Below, one piece after another: positions 51,861 to 62,176 of a stretch of DNA of 64,000 nt. The DNA lies in assembly GCA_964639465.1 (NCBI GenBank), contig CAZXDB010000004.1, forward strand, positions 29,601-93,600, in the 5' to 3' direction. The notes beneath the pieces are model-generated. The model ran no database searches. It saw nothing but the letters and a program-made list of their open reading frames with translations, and was not told the DNA's origin. Position 1 is the first letter of the stretch. Each line of letters begins with the position of its first letter. Origin of the DNA: an uncultured Bifidobacterium sp. (GTDB lineage Bacteria > Pseudomonadota > Gammaproteobacteria > Burkholderiales > Burkholderiaceae_D). Made by a program: the position numbers and the translations under genes.

Positions 51861-52595
51861 TTAATCGCGCAGATTGTGTACCCAGCGCTGATATAGGTGA
51901 TCGGCTACAACACGCATCGTCGGCAGATACTCAGGCGTTGCCATCGCAATTTCCTGCGTTGTCATGACATGCGAATGAACATCTTGCTTGCTCCTGGCCG
52001 CACTGACCTCAGGTTCGCCTTCTTTGCACCAGTGCGAGATCGTGGCTTCATCCATCTCGATATGAAACTGCATGCCGATATGCGGTCCGAATACGTAGGC
52101 CTGATTTGTACACGCCTCGCTACGTGCCAGCCACTGGGCGCCGGGTGGTAGCGTAAACGTCTCGCCGTGCCAGTGGAAGCCAATCCATCCTTCGTCGGTA
52201 CCTAGCCACTGTAGACCGAGTGTAGGATCAGTGACCTCGACGCGATGCCATCCGATCTCTTTGCCCTTTGGGTTGCGAGTTATCTCACCGCCGAGCGCTT
52301 TACTGATGAGTTGCCCGCCCAAGCAATGACCAATAAGCGGGATATCTCGCGCAATCGCGTCACGAATGAGTACCAGTGAGGCGGGTATCCAGGGTAATGG
52401 GTCGTTGACGCTCATGGGTCCACCCATCAGCGCAATACCTGAAAATTGATCGGCACGCTCGGGCACTGACTCGCCAAGATCAACTCGAATTTCTCGATAC
52501 GGTAAGCCAAGCTGCTGTAGAAAAGTGGCGAAGTAAGCTGGCCCATCACCAGTCGAGTGACGAAAAATGGCGATTGGTTTTGTGACGTCTTTCAC
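51861..52595 (-). CDS. class I (type 1) glutamine amidotransferase-like protein
   Basis: 244 aa. The nucleophile elbow is LIGHCLGGQL and the His-Glu pair lies in MQFHIE. It is on the same strand as mgsC, 36 nt downstream. Confidence 0.8.
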   Translation of the reverse strand: MKDVTKPIAIFRHSTGDGPAYFATFLQQLGLPYREIRVDLGESVPERADQFSGIALMGGPMSVNDPLPWIPASLVLIRDAIARDIPLIGHCLGGQLISKALGGEITRNPKGKEIGWHRVEVTDPTLGLQWLGTDEGWIGFHWHGETFTLPPGAQWLARSEACTNQAYVFGPHIGMQFHIEMDEATISHWCKEGEPEVSAARSKQDVHSHVMTTQEIAMATPEYLPTMRVVADHLYQRWVHNLRD

Positions 52596-52631
52596 GATGA
52601 ATAGGCCAGCCGACTCGCGTTGGGAAACGAT

Positions 52632-53987
52632 TTATCGGCCCGGCACCCAGTTGGTTCCTGCCAGCGGTATCCCCGCCATCGCAGCCGCCTCAAGGGTGAG
52701 CGCAACCAGGTCTTCACGCTCGAGGTGGTGCACGTTCTGCTTGCCGCACGCGCGCGCGATGGTCGTCAGCTCCATGTTCAAGGTTTTCAAATAGTTACGT
52801 ACGCGCTTGGCGCCGACGGCAGGTTCCAGTCGCTGCTCGAGCTCCGCGTCTTGTGTGGTCACGCCCACCGGGCACTTTCCGGTATGGCAGTGATGGCAAT
52901 AGCCAGGCGCGGTGCCGATCGCGTCATAGGCATCCAGCGCAGAATGGTGCTGACCGTCGCGTACATAGGTTCCCGAGTTACAGCCGAGTGCAAACAGCAT
53001 TCCTTGGCCAATTGCGACAGCGTCAGCGCCCATCGCCAGTGCTTTGGCAACATCAGCGCCGGTGCGAATGCCACCTGAAACAATCAGTTGCACCGTGCCT
53101 TTCATGTTCAGATCTTCCAGCGCCTCGACCGCCTGCCGCACCGCGGCCAGGGTCGGGATGCCGACGTGCTCGATGAAGCAGGTTTGGGTGGCAGCGGTGC
53201 CGCCTTGCATGCCATCGACCACCACCACGTCAGCACCAGAATGCACTGCCAGCTTCACGTCATGGAAGGTACGGGTGGCGCCAACTTTCACATACACCGG
53301 CTTTTCCCAGTCGGTCATTTCGCGTAGCTCAAGAATCTTGATCGCGAGATCATCGGGACCGGTCCAGTCAGGGTGACGACACGCTGAACGTTGATCGACG
53401 CCTTGCGGCAGAGTGCGCATGCTTGCCACGCGAGGATTTACTTTTTGCCCGAGCAGCATGCCGCCACCGCCGGGTTTCGCACCTTGGCCAATCACGACTT
53501 CAATCGCATCTGCCTTGCGCAAATCATCCGGGTTGAAGCCATAGCGCGAGGGCAGACACTGATATACCAGCGTTTTGGATGAGCCGCGCTCTTCTTGCGT
53601 CATGCCACCATCACCGGTGGTGGTGCTGGTGCCCATCTCGGTCGCGGCGCGACCAAGGGCTTCTTTCACATTCGCTGACAAGGCGCCGAAGCTCATGCCG
53701 GCGATGGTGATTGGAATGTCGAGCTCGATCGGTTTTTTCGCAAAGCGTGTGCCGAGCACGGTTTTGGTGGAGCATTTTTCGCGATAGCCTTCCAGCGGAT
53801 AGCGTGATAGTGAACCCGCCAAAAAAAGCAGATCATCAAAATGTGGAACGCGGCGCTTGGCACCGAGACCACGGATTTCATACAATCCATGCGCCGCTGC
53901 ATTTTGAATGTAGTCGATCACGCTGCGGTCGAAGCTGGCCGATTCCTCCGTTGAGCGACGTTTGAATTGAACGGGTTTCTCATCCAT
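52632..53987 (-). CDS. mgsC: N-methylglutamate synthase subunit C (FMN-binding glutamate synthase domain family)
   Basis: The ORF runs 52632..54140. The ATG at 53987 follows the RBS AGGAAGAAC. An FMN-domain motif is present (GQGAKPGGGG...VVVDGMQGGTAA). Confidence 0.8.
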   Translation of the reverse strand: MDEKPVQFKRRSTEESASFDRSVIDYIQNAAAHGLYEIRGLGAKRRVPHFDDLLFLAGSLSRYPLEGYREKCSTKTVLGTRFAKKPIELDIPITIAGMSFGALSANVKEALGRAATEMGTSTTTGDGGMTQEERGSSKTLVYQCLPSRYGFNPDDLRKADAIEVVIGQGAKPGGGGMLLGQKVNPRVASMRTLPQGVDQRSACRHPDWTGPDDLAIKILELREMTDWEKPVYVKVGATRTFHDVKLAVHSGADVVVVDGMQGGTAATQTCFIEHVGIPTLAAVRQAVEALEDLNMKGTVQLIVSGGIRTGADVAKALAMGADAVAIGQGMLFALGCNSGTYVRDGQHHSALDAYDAIGTAPGYCHHCHTGKCPVGVTTQDAELEQRLEPAVGAKRVRNYLKTLNMELTTIARACGKQNVHHLEREDLVALTLEAAAMAGIPLAGTNWVPGR

Positions 53988-54012
53988 GATGTTCTTCCTG
54001 CCGGCGTGCGGC

Positions 54013-54702
54013 TTAATATTCCTGATTAGCGTCAGCGTTCCAGTGGTAGAGGCTGCGCGCAGAGGCAACACGCTTGAACGAAGCAGGGTCATGTTGCAAA
54101 CCCGCCTGTTGTAACAAGTCGCCGACCACGGCGCGGTCATCGTCGGTCATGGGCTCGAACTGTGCATCGGCACCGAGCGATTTGGCTTCTCCGCGCAGAT
54201 AGATCACCGCCTCATATAGCGAGTCGCCGAGCGCATCCCCAGCGTTACCGCAAATCACCATGCGACCGGCTTGCGCCATGAAACCAGAGAAGCTACCGAC
54301 TGAGCCACCGACCACGATGTTGCCGCCTTTGAGCGAGATACCGCAGCGCAGACCTGCGTCCCCATCAATCACCAGCAGACCACCATGGGCAGTAGCACCG
54401 GCACCATTCGAGGCAAAGCCTTTGACATGCACCCGACCGCTCATCATGTTTTCAGCGACACCAGTACCGGCACTGCCGTGCACGATGACAGTCGCTTTTT
54501 TGTTCATGCCGGCGGCGTAGTAGCCCGCATGGCCATGAATCTCAACTGTGACGGGTTTATCGAGTCCGACTGCGATGCTGTGCGCACCATCCGGGTTCAG
54601 CACCTCGAAATGACGTTGGTCATCGGCTTGCAATTGCTTATGGAGAAATTGATTTACCTCGCGCAGCGGTGTACTGGCGAGGTCGAAGCTTACGCGTTCC
54701 AT
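54013..54702 (-). CDS. mgsB: N-methylglutamate synthase subunit B (GXGXG-repeat, GltB C-terminal-like)
   Basis: 229 aa with repeated G.AG..G.G motifs (HGHAGYYAAGM, HGSAGTGVAENM, GNAGDALGDS). Confidence 0.8.
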   Translation of the reverse strand: MERVSFDLASTPLREVNQFLHKQLQADDQRHFEVLNPDGAHSIAVGLDKPVTVEIHGHAGYYAAGMNKKATVIVHGSAGTGVAENMMSGRVHVKGFASNGAGATAHGGLLVIDGDAGLRCGISLKGGNIVVGGSVGSFSGFMAQAGRMVICGNAGDALGDSLYEAVIYLRGEAKSLGADAQFEPMTDDDRAVVGDLLQQAGLQHDPASFKRVASARSLYHWNADANQEY

Positions 54703-55598
54703 ACGTACATCTCCTCCGGCGCTGGCTCGAATACTTTGGCGTTTTTTACATCGGGTAGATGCGCCAACGAGCGGAATTCACTAGCAATGGCGACATAGTC
54801 ATCGGTCTCAGCGACGACTGCTGGTTTGCAAGCGAACGGATCGCGAATCAGTGCCAGCTTGTCAGGGGTACCCATCAAGAAGGTAAAGAAACCATCCAGT
54901 TCTTCGAAGCCGGCGTGTAGTGCGGTCTCGAGATCATCGCCTTCCCGCAAGCGCCACTCCAGAAAACGACAAGCCGCTTCGGTGTCGTTGTCGGTATCGA
55001 AGTGAATGCCGTGCGGCTCCAGCTTGCGACGCAACCCATACGGGTTTGATAGCGAGCCGTTATGTACCAGGCAGAAATCTTCACCCGCAGTGAATGGGTG
55101 CGCACGATCCGGTGTCACCGCCGACTCGGTCGCCATACGGGTATGACCGACTAAATGCGAACCGGTGAGTGAAGCGAAGTCGTAGCGGCTAGCCACCATC
55201 GAAGGCGTACCGATATCCTTGTACAGATCAATGGTCTGACCCGTCGACAGAATATGCAGTAGTGGGTAATGCTCGTGCAGCCATTTCTTGACGATATCGG
55301 GCGAGACCTCGAAAGTCAGCACGGCATGGTTGTGCTTGATATCGATTTTCGATGGCACACCCAGATGCTCTTTTAATCCGTGCGCCAATCCATGCCAATC
55401 GAAGTCGGCTCCAGCCTCGGTCATACCCGAATACAAACTGAGCTTGCGTGCTGTGCCTTTCAGCGGATCGGCAAATACGGCCAACCCGGCAGAGTCCGGG
55501 CCGCGATCGGTCATGCCGATCAGCATAGGCACCATCAATTTGCCGAGTTGTTCTCTGAGTGCCGGCTTCTTCACCAGCAGTCCCACGATTCCACACAT
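54690..55598 (-). CDS. mgsA: N-methylglutamate synthase subunit A (class II amidotransferase-like)
   Basis: The ORF runs 54690..55664. The ATG at 55598 gives an N-terminal MCGIVGL, which places the Ntn nucleophile Cys at position 2. Confidence 0.8.
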   Translation of the reverse strand: MCGIVGLLVKKPALREQLGKLMVPMLIGMTDRGPDSAGLAVFADPLKGTARKLSLYSGMTEAGADFDWHGLAHGLKEHLGVPSKIDIKHNHAVLTFEVSPDIVKKWLHEHYPLLHILSTGQTIDLYKDIGTPSMVASRYDFASLTGSHLVGHTRMATESAVTPDRAHPFTAGEDFCLVHNGSLSNPYGLRRKLEPHGIHFDTDNDTEAACRFLEWRLREGDDLETALHAGFEELDGFFTFLMGTPDKLALIRDPFACKPAVVAETDDYVAIASEFRSLAHLPDVKNAKVFEPAPEEMYVWNA

Positions 55599-55620
55599 GA
55601 TGTTTTCTCCTTGGTCCAGT

Positions 55621-56949
55621 TCAAAAGAATTGGAGGTACTGATCCACTTCCCAGTCCGAGACATGACGCATGTACTCCACCCACTCCATGCGTTTTAGTT
55701 CAAGGAAGTCGTTTGCCAGCGGTCCGAGTGCGCCTTTGATTACATCGTCCTTTTCGAACGCATCGAGTGCTTCTTTCAAGTTCTGTGGCAGCAGCCGTAT
55801 GCCTTGCTTGCGCAGTTGCGCTGGGCTCATCTCGTAGAGGCTATCGACTACTGGCTCACCCGGATCCAGTTTGCGCTCGATACCATCCAGACCCGCAGCG
55901 ATCACTGCAGCGGTGGCGAGATACGGGTTGGCAGAACCATCGGGCAGGCGCAATTCAATGCGACCACCTGGGCCACGGATCATGCCGGAGCGGTTGTTGT
56001 TGCCGTAGCAGATATAGGCCGGCGCCCAAGTAGCGCCGGTCAATGAGCGACCCACGACCAGACGCTTGTAGCTGTTGACCGTCGGGCAGCACACTGCCGC
56101 CAGTGCCGAGGCATGCGCCAGTAAACCGCCAGCAAAATGATAGGCGAGGGTAGAAAGGTCGAGCCCACGTTTGTCGGATTTGTCTTCGAACAGATTCTTC
56201 TTGCCGTTGCCGATGCTCATGTGCATGTGCAAGCCATTACCCGGACGATTACTGAAGGGCTTGGGCATGAACGAGCAAATCAGTCCCATCTCGGCCGCGA
56301 TCTCAGCCGCACCCATTTTGAAGAAGGTGTAATGATCGCAAGACGTCAGTGCATCGGTATAGGTGTAGTTGATCTCGAACTGACCGTTGGCATCTTCATG
56401 ATCGATCTGATACACATCGATACCCACTGCGCGCAGCGACTCTGCCAGTCGCTCCAGAAATGCGCGTGAGCGCGACAAGCCCTTGTAGTCGTAGCAGGGC
56501 TTGGCTAAGGTGTCGGAGGCGTCACTCGGGACCAAGCGACCTTCGACTTTTCTCAGCAGCGAAAACTCTGGCTCCATACCGGTGTAAAAAATCCAGCCCT
56601 TGGCTTCCATGCGCTCCAGCTGCGATTTCAGTACAACGCGCGAGCAATAAGGCCAGGGTTCGCCATGCACATGACCATCCGAGGCCATGCGTGCATAGCC
56701 CGCCTGCCACGGCACCACGCTTAGCGTAGTCGGGTCACCCACCGCCATGAAATCGCCATCCGCGTTGGGTTTCATGCCCATACCTGCTAACGCGAAACCG
56801 GCGAACCCCGCACCGTCGGTGATTACGGTGTCATAGTGCTCCACCGGCACCGACTTCGCCTTGGCCGCGCCATGCACATCGACGAACTGCGCCAAAACAT
56901 ATTTGACGCCATGTTCTTTAAGATATTTCTTCGCCTCTGCTGGTTTCAT
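55621..56949 (-). CDS. gmaS: gamma-glutamylmethylamide synthetase (type III glutamine synthetase family)
   Basis: 442 aa with a strong RBS. It has the GS catalytic fold ([17 protein letters not shown]) and sits between the mgd and mgs genes, as in described NMG clusters. Confidence 0.8.
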   Translation of the reverse strand: MKPAEAKKYLKEHGVKYVLAQFVDVHGAAKAKSVPVEHYDTVITDGAGFAGFALAGMGMKPNADGDFMAVGDPTTLSVVPWQAGYARMASDGHVHGEPWPYCSRVVLKSQLERMEAKGWIFYTGMEPEFSLLRKVEGRLVPSDASDTLAKPCYDYKGLSRSRAFLERLAESLRAVGIDVYQIDHEDANGQFEINYTYTDALTSCDHYTFFKMGAAEIAAEMGLICSFMPKPFSNRPGNGLHMHMSIGNGKKNLFEDKSDKRGLDLSTLAYHFAGGLLAHASALAAVCCPTVNSYKRLVVGRSLTGATWAPAYICYGNNNRSGMIRGPGGRIELRLPDGSANPYLATAAVIAAGLDGIERKLDPGEPVVDSLYEMSPAQLRKQGIRLLPQNLKEALDAFEKDDVIKGALGPLANDFLELKRMEWVEYMRHVSDWEVDQYLQFF

Positions 56950-57003
56950 GGTTTCCCCCCCTTCATCTGGCCCTCAAGCTTGGGCCGGTTTGTTATTCGC
57001 GCC

Positions 57004-57663
57004 TCAACCTAGCGCCCGTGACAAACTTTCGCTGCCAATCGGACCACCTCCCATGTCATGCGCGATCTCGCACAGCGTCTTCCACATATAGCTCGCGTAG
57101 GTGCCGTCCAGCCAAACTTGGTAGGCAATACCCGTCGGTGTCTGCAGCGCAGCGACGGTGGCGCCAACGCCTACCACCGAGGTGAGTACGAGCGCACCAT
57201 CATTCGGGTCGAGTGTCGCCATATCGACCGAGCAGGTTTGGTGGAACAGATCGACCGCCTTCGGGCCCATGATGATCAGCGCGGCGTCGTAGTGCGGCAC
57301 CGGATAGACATTGGGCGTATCCGGTAGTGCCAATACGCGCAAGACGGCATCGGTCGATTGATCTGCTTCGATCAGGTATTCGGTCAGGCCGAGGCGAGCG
57401 ATGAATGCGCCTTCGCTATGACACCAGCGGTTTGGCTGAGTTGGTGTGCCGATCCCTGCTGCGTTCAGCGCGGCAGCAGCACCAGGGCCTTTGACGCCAG
57501 CACGCGGTCGATGGCTGAGGTCGCCCAGAGCGACCGTATATAGTGCATTCGCTTGTTCATTGGAGAACGCCGCGACTACGCGCATGTGTTCTATGTCGGT
57601 CCAGCGCGCGGCGTGTGCGGACTGCACATCGGCGAGTGGGCTGACGCGGGCCGGGGTCCTCAT
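57004..57663 (-). CDS. mgdD: N-methylglutamate dehydrogenase subunit, sarcosine oxidase gamma-like
   Basis: 219 aa. There is an ATGA overlap with the upstream alpha-like gene. Confidence 0.7.
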   Translation of the reverse strand: MRTPARVSPLADVQSAHAARWTDIEHMRVVAAFSNEQANALYTVALGDLSHRPRAGVKGPGAAAALNAAGIGTPTQPNRWCHSEGAFIARLGLTEYLIEADQSTDAVLRVLALPDTPNVYPVPHYDAALIIMGPKAVDLFHQTCSVDMATLDPNDGALVLTSVVGVGATVAALQTPTGIAYQVWLDGTYASYMWKTLCEIAHDMGGGPIGSESLSRALG

Positions 57664-60557
57664 GCGATCTCCTTTTGGCGCAGGTTCTCGGGATCAAAGA
57701 ACGGTGTTGCGCAGACCTCGGCACTCACCATGCTGCCGTCACTGAGGCGAATCTGAAAGCGCGTGCCGACATCGCACATCTGCGGTGGCAAGAACGCCAG
57801 ACCAATGTGATGACCGAGGTTCGGACTCCAGTAGCAGCTGGTCACACGACCAACGATCTCGCCGTTTTGAATAATCAGATGACACTCGCTCGGCACTGCA
57901 CCGGTATGCGTTATGGGCAGTTGAAAGCCGGCCAGCTTGCGTTTGAGCGGCAGTTCGCGTACGATTTTCAATGAGCGCTGACCAATAAAGAAGGGCTTGT
58001 CCATCTTCACCGCCCATTCCATGGAGACCTCGAACGGATGCGTCAGACCATCGGTATCCTGACTGACGATCAGGTGACCTTTTTCCAGTCGCAGCAAACG
58101 CTGTGCCTCAACCCCGAACGGACCGATGCCAAATGGTTTGCCGGCGTCCATCAGTGCATCCCACAGCGTAGCACCGTACTCGGCGGGTACATGAATCTCA
58201 TAGCCCCACTCACCGACGAAGCCCACCCGCATGATGCGCGCAGGGATACCTGCGATGATTCCTTGGCGTACTGCGAGGTAAGGGAAAGCCGCAGACGACA
58301 GATCAACATCACACAGCGGGGCAAGTACCGCACGTGAATCCGGGCCGGCCAGGTTGACTGAAGCATAGGATCCGGTGAGATTGATAATGCCGCATTGCAG
58401 ACCCCACTCCGCATTCAGGCGCGACATTTCGCGATAAACATTGGCGGCACCCGAAGTGGTGGTGGTGAAGTAGTAAACATTTTGTTCGAGATGCGCGATG
58501 ACGCCCTCGTCAGTCACGACACCCGATTCATCGCACATGATCGCGTAGCGAGTACCACCGACTTTCAGCAGATCTATGCGCGCGGTGTATACACGGTTCA
58601 GGAACTCGGCAGCTTGCGGACCACGCACCTCGATTTTGCCGAGCGTGCCAACATCAATCAGTGCGACCTCGCTGCGTACACGACGCACTTCGTCATGAAT
58701 GCAGTCGGTGCGTGATTTACCCGTCTGCGTGTAATACTCGGGTCTTTCCCACACCCCAGCCGGCATGAACACGGCACCCAAGCCTGCGTGGCGACCATGC
58801 AATGGGCTGTGTCTTTGTGGATGGAATCCGCGACCAGCCAGATGCGACATTGGCACCGGATGGAAAAATGGCCTCGCCGTGGTGGTGCCAACCTGTTCAG
58901 GTGACTTGCTCAGCAGGCGCGCCAGAATGCGCAGCGCAGTCATGTTCGAATGCTTGCCCTGACTTGGACCCATGCCAACTGTCGAGTAGCGCTTCAGCAG
59001 CTCGATATTGTCGTAACCTTCCTGCACCGCATTCGCAAAATCCTTGAGCTGCAAATCCTCATCGAAGTCGACGAAGTTTTTCGCTTTGGGATGATCGACC
59101 ACAGGCCATGAAAAACTTGGTACGCTGTCGTCGGCCGGTGTCGCTGGTATGGTTAACGGCACGTTCAGCGCGAAAGCGGCAGCTGAAGTACCTGCGCGTG
59201 CGCCATCGGCAATTCGCGCATCAAAACCATACACGCCGTTCACGCGTCCGCAGGCGTACACGCCCTCGGGGAGGTTGGCGGGTATGAATTGCTGTGTGCG
59301 CTCGTCGAAGCGCATCTTGGCGCCGCTCTGATACAGCAAGTTGGCGGCAGGCGCCCAGCCCGTACTCATTGCCAAGCCATCGCAATCAAAGCGACGCGCT
59401 GTCGAGGTATCTGCAACGCCATTACGCACACGGCATATCGTGACCGCGCCAAGTTCACCGCGATCATCCGCGTGTGCTTCGTACACGCCACTACCCAGCA
59501 GACACTCAACGCCACGCGCGCGCACCGCATTGACCAAAGCCGAGGGAGGTACGATGTCACGCAAGTCGGCAATCGCCAGCACTTGTACACCGGCCTGCAA
59601 CAGGTCGAGCGCCAGCCGGTAACCATCTTCATTCGCTGCAGTGATCAACACGCGTCGCGCTGGCTGCACTGCGTAGCGATAAATCAGACGCTGCATCGCT
59701 GAGCCAAGCATCACACCCGGCAAATCATTATTGCGGAACACGGTTGGCTGCTCGTAAGCACCACCGGCTACGATGGTCGCTTTGGCGCGCAGCTTCACCA
59801 TTTTGTCGGCATCGATCAATGGTATCCACTGATCCGAATACCAGCCCGCTGCGGTGGTCGATTCAAGAATTCGAATCTGCGCATGCTCGCGCGCGCGCTG
59901 CAGCAATGCGTGGGTCTGATTACGCTGTGTAGTATCAGCGCCAAGTTGATACATGCCCGAGCCACCAGCGCGTGCATTCTCATCCACCAGCATCACACTG
60001 GCACCGGCGTCAGCAGCGGCCAGTGCCGCACTCAGACCAGACGGTCCGGCGCCAATGACGAGTACATCGCAGAAGTCATAGCGTTTCGCGGTTCTGATAT
60101 GCGGCGTGCTCAGATCCAGGCGACCGAGACCTGTAATGTTACGGAACATGCGTTCCCACAACGGGAACCAGCGTTTGTTGTGAAACGCTTTGTAGTAAAA
60201 GCCTACTGGCAAAAACGCCGACAGCTTATCGAGGAAGCGTACGCGATCACGTTGCACGCCCCCCCAAGTGTTGACTGCAGACAGATCCATACCCGCGCGA
60301 ACTGGTACCACATCACCGCGCACATTCAGACGTTGTCCGTCCTGCACCATCACGTTGACATCATGATTTGCCATCGACAGGATGCCGCGCGGCCGGTGGT
60401 ACTTGAAGCTGCGGCCGAGTGTGCGGGTACCCGCAGCCCATAGCGCGCTGCTGACAGCATCACCCTCGAAGGCGACGTACTCACGCCCCTCGAAGCGGAT
60501 TTTTATGGTGTGCGAGCGGTTGATCCACTCATCTGGCATGACTGGCAGTCGGCTCAT
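57660..60557 (-). CDS. mgdC: N-methylglutamate dehydrogenase subunit, sarcosine oxidase alpha-like
   Basis: The ORF runs 57660..60653. The ATG at 60557 overlaps the delta stop (ATGA). It has the N-terminal FEGREYVAFEGDAVSSAL, the FAD/NAD motif VIGAGPSG, and a C-terminal GcvT-like folate domain. Confidence 0.85.
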   Translation of the reverse strand: MSRLPVMPDEWINRSHTIKIRFEGREYVAFEGDAVSSALWAAGTRTLGRSFKYHRPRGILSMANHDVNVMVQDGQRLNVRGDVVPVRAGMDLSAVNTWGGVQRDRVRFLDKLSAFLPVGFYYKAFHNKRWFPLWERMFRNITGLGRLDLSTPHIRTAKRYDFCDVLVIGAGPSGLSAALAAADAGASVMLVDENARAGGSGMYQLGADTTQRNQTHALLQRAREHAQIRILESTTAAGWYSDQWIPLIDADKMVKLRAKATIVAGGAYEQPTVFRNNDLPGVMLGSAMQRLIYRYAVQPARRVLITAANEDGYRLALDLLQAGVQVLAIADLRDIVPPSALVNAVRARGVECLLGSGVYEAHADDRGELGAVTICRVRNGVADTSTARRFDCDGLAMSTGWAPAANLLYQSGAKMRFDERTQQFIPANLPEGVYACGRVNGVYGFDARIADGARAGTSAAAFALNVPLTIPATPADDSVPSFSWPVVDHPKAKNFVDFDEDLQLKDFANAVQEGYDNIELLKRYSTVGMGPSQGKHSNMTALRILARLLSKSPEQVGTTTARPFFHPVPMSHLAGRGFHPQRHSPLHGRHAGLGAVFMPAGVWERPEYYTQTGKSRTDCIHDEVRRVRSEVALIDVGTLGKIEVRGPQAAEFLNRVYTARIDLLKVGGTRYAIMCDESGVVTDEGVIAHLEQNVYYFTTTTSGAANVYREMSRLNAEWGLQCGIINLTGSYASVNLAGPDSRAVLAPLCDVDLSSAAFPYLAVRQGIIAGIPARIMRVGFVGEWGYEIHVPAEYGATLWDALMDAGKPFGIGPFGVEAQRLLRLEKGHLIVSQDTDGLTHPFEVSMEWAVKMDKPFFIGQRSLKIVRELPLKRKLAGFQLPITHTGAVPSECHLIIQNGEIVGRVTSCYWSPNLGHHIGLAFLPPQMCDVGTRFQIRLSDGSMVSAEVCATPFFDPENLRQKEIA

Positions 60558-60811
60558 GGCTCGGCTCCCGGTAACCAGGTTCGCAACACGCGGTCGGCGA
60601 GTGTGTCGCGCTCCGCAATAAACCAGGTGTTCGATGGCGTGTGGCACCACCACTCGTGCTTTACGCCGGGTGCGCCATTGCGATTGAACACGTAATCAGC
60701 CCATTCATCATCAGTACAGATATTCGGGTCGGGGCTGACGCGCACCTCGCCCCAATAAATAAACTCGGCGATTGCGCGTGGACCGTTGACAGGGCAGGGC
60801 ATTAGTTTCAT
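60554..60811 (-). CDS. mgdB: N-methylglutamate dehydrogenase subunit, sarcosine oxidase delta-like
   Basis: 85 aa. MKLMPCPVNGPRAIAEFIYWGEV is typical of SoxD. Confidence 0.8.
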   Translation of the reverse strand: MKLMPCPVNGPRAIAEFIYWGEVRVSPDPNICTDDEWADYVFNRNGAPGVKHEWWCHTPSNTWFIAERDTLADRVLRTWLPGAEP

Positions 60812-60812
60812 C

Positions 60813-62114
60813 TCAGTGCCCCACGCTCGCTGCGCCCTTTTCGCCGGTCAGCGAATAATTGCGGAAGCGATCCAAAGAAAATCCGGTAATCAGTTCATGC
60901 GGCTTATCGTTGGCAACCGTCCATGCCATGGTCTTGCCGCACACCGGGGTGGCCTTGAAGCCCCAGGTACCCCAGCCTGCATCAAGATAAAAACCTTCAA
61001 GCTCGGTCTTGCCCATGAGTGGCGCGAAGTCGGGCGTCATGTCGGCCATGCCCGACCACTGACGGTTCACTTTCACATGCGACAGGAAGGGGAACATGTC
61101 GAGCATGTGCGCCGACAAGGTCTCTGTGAAGTCGAGCGTCGAGCGCGTTGAATGCACCTCATAGGGGTCGAGCGAAGCACCCATCACCAATTCGCCGCGC
61201 GCACTCTGGCTGATGTAAATATGCAAGCTGCCCGAGACAAAAATCTGATCCAGCCATGGCTTCATTGGTTCGCTTACCATCGCTTGCAGTGGGTGAATGT
61301 AGAGCGGTGTGCGGATGCCCACCATATCGGTCACACGCGGCGTAAAACCGGCCACCGCGCATAGCACCTTGCTGGTTTTGATGGGGCCGCGCGTTGTTTG
61401 GACGCCGACCACTTTGCCGCCGACCACGTCAATGCCGGTGACCGCGGTTTGCTGGTGAATTTCAACGCCGCGCTGGCAGGCGCCGCGACCATAACCCCAA
61501 GCCACTGCGTCATGACGCGCGATTGCGCCGGGTGCGTGATACAAGGCGCCGAGTATGGGCGCATGACCGCCGCACGTAATGTCAATCGATGGGCAGGACC
61601 GTTTGACGAAATCCGGACCGACCAACTCCGATTCAACGCCGTAGTGTTTGTTGACCTCGGCGCGCCAGCGCATGGTGCGGACTGCAGAGTCCGTGTGTGC
61701 CAAGGTGAAGTGGCCACGGGTCGAGTAGAACAGATTGAGATCAAAGTCTTCCGCAAGGTCCTGCCACAATTGCACCGAGGCATCGTAGAACTTCACGCCC
61801 TCGGGCGTCAGATAGTTGGAGCGGATGATGGTGGTGTTACGGCCGGTGTTACCACCACCGACATAGCCTTTTTCCAGCACCGCGATACGCCTGATGCCGT
61901 GGTCGCGCGCCAGATAATAGGCAGCGGCTAGTCCGTGACCACCGGCGCCGATAATGACTACGTCATACTCCGACTGAAGGTCGGTGGGCGTGGAGAACAT
62001 TCTCGGCTCGGGGTGCGAGCGGCTGAGGCCAAATCGAAGCAGTCGCCAGGGCATAAAAAAGTATCTTTTGGGTTGGTAGCACGCTGCTTTGACGGCAGCG
62101 CTTTGTTTCTTCAT
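60813..62114 (-). CDS. mgdA: N-methylglutamate dehydrogenase subunit, sarcosine oxidase beta-like (FAD)
   Basis: The ORF runs 60813..62123 with a TTG start. The first ATG is at 62114, and other candidate starts lie at 62054 and 62000. It carries YDVVIIGAGGHGLAAAYYLA and GNTGRNTTIIRSNY. Confidence 0.85.
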   Translation of the reverse strand: MKKQSAAVKAACYQPKRYFFMPWRLLRFGLSRSHPEPRMFSTPTDLQSEYDVVIIGAGGHGLAAAYYLARDHGIRRIAVLEKGYVGGGNTGRNTTIIRSNYLTPEGVKFYDASVQLWQDLAEDFDLNLFYSTRGHFTLAHTDSAVRTMRWRAEVNKHYGVESELVGPDFVKRSCPSIDITCGGHAPILGALYHAPGAIARHDAVAWGYGRGACQRGVEIHQQTAVTGIDVVGGKVVGVQTTRGPIKTSKVLCAVAGFTPRVTDMVGIRTPLYIHPLQAMVSEPMKPWLDQIFVSGSLHIYISQSARGELVMGASLDPYEVHSTRSTLDFTETLSAHMLDMFPFLSHVKVNRQWSGMADMTPDFAPLMGKTELEGFYLDAGWGTWGFKATPVCGKTMAWTVANDKPHELITGFSLDRFRNYSLTGEKGAASVGH

Positions 62115-62176
62115 AATAAACAATTATTCTTATAGCTCACTTTTTTGGGTGGGTCAACCATAGAAAACGGGGAATC

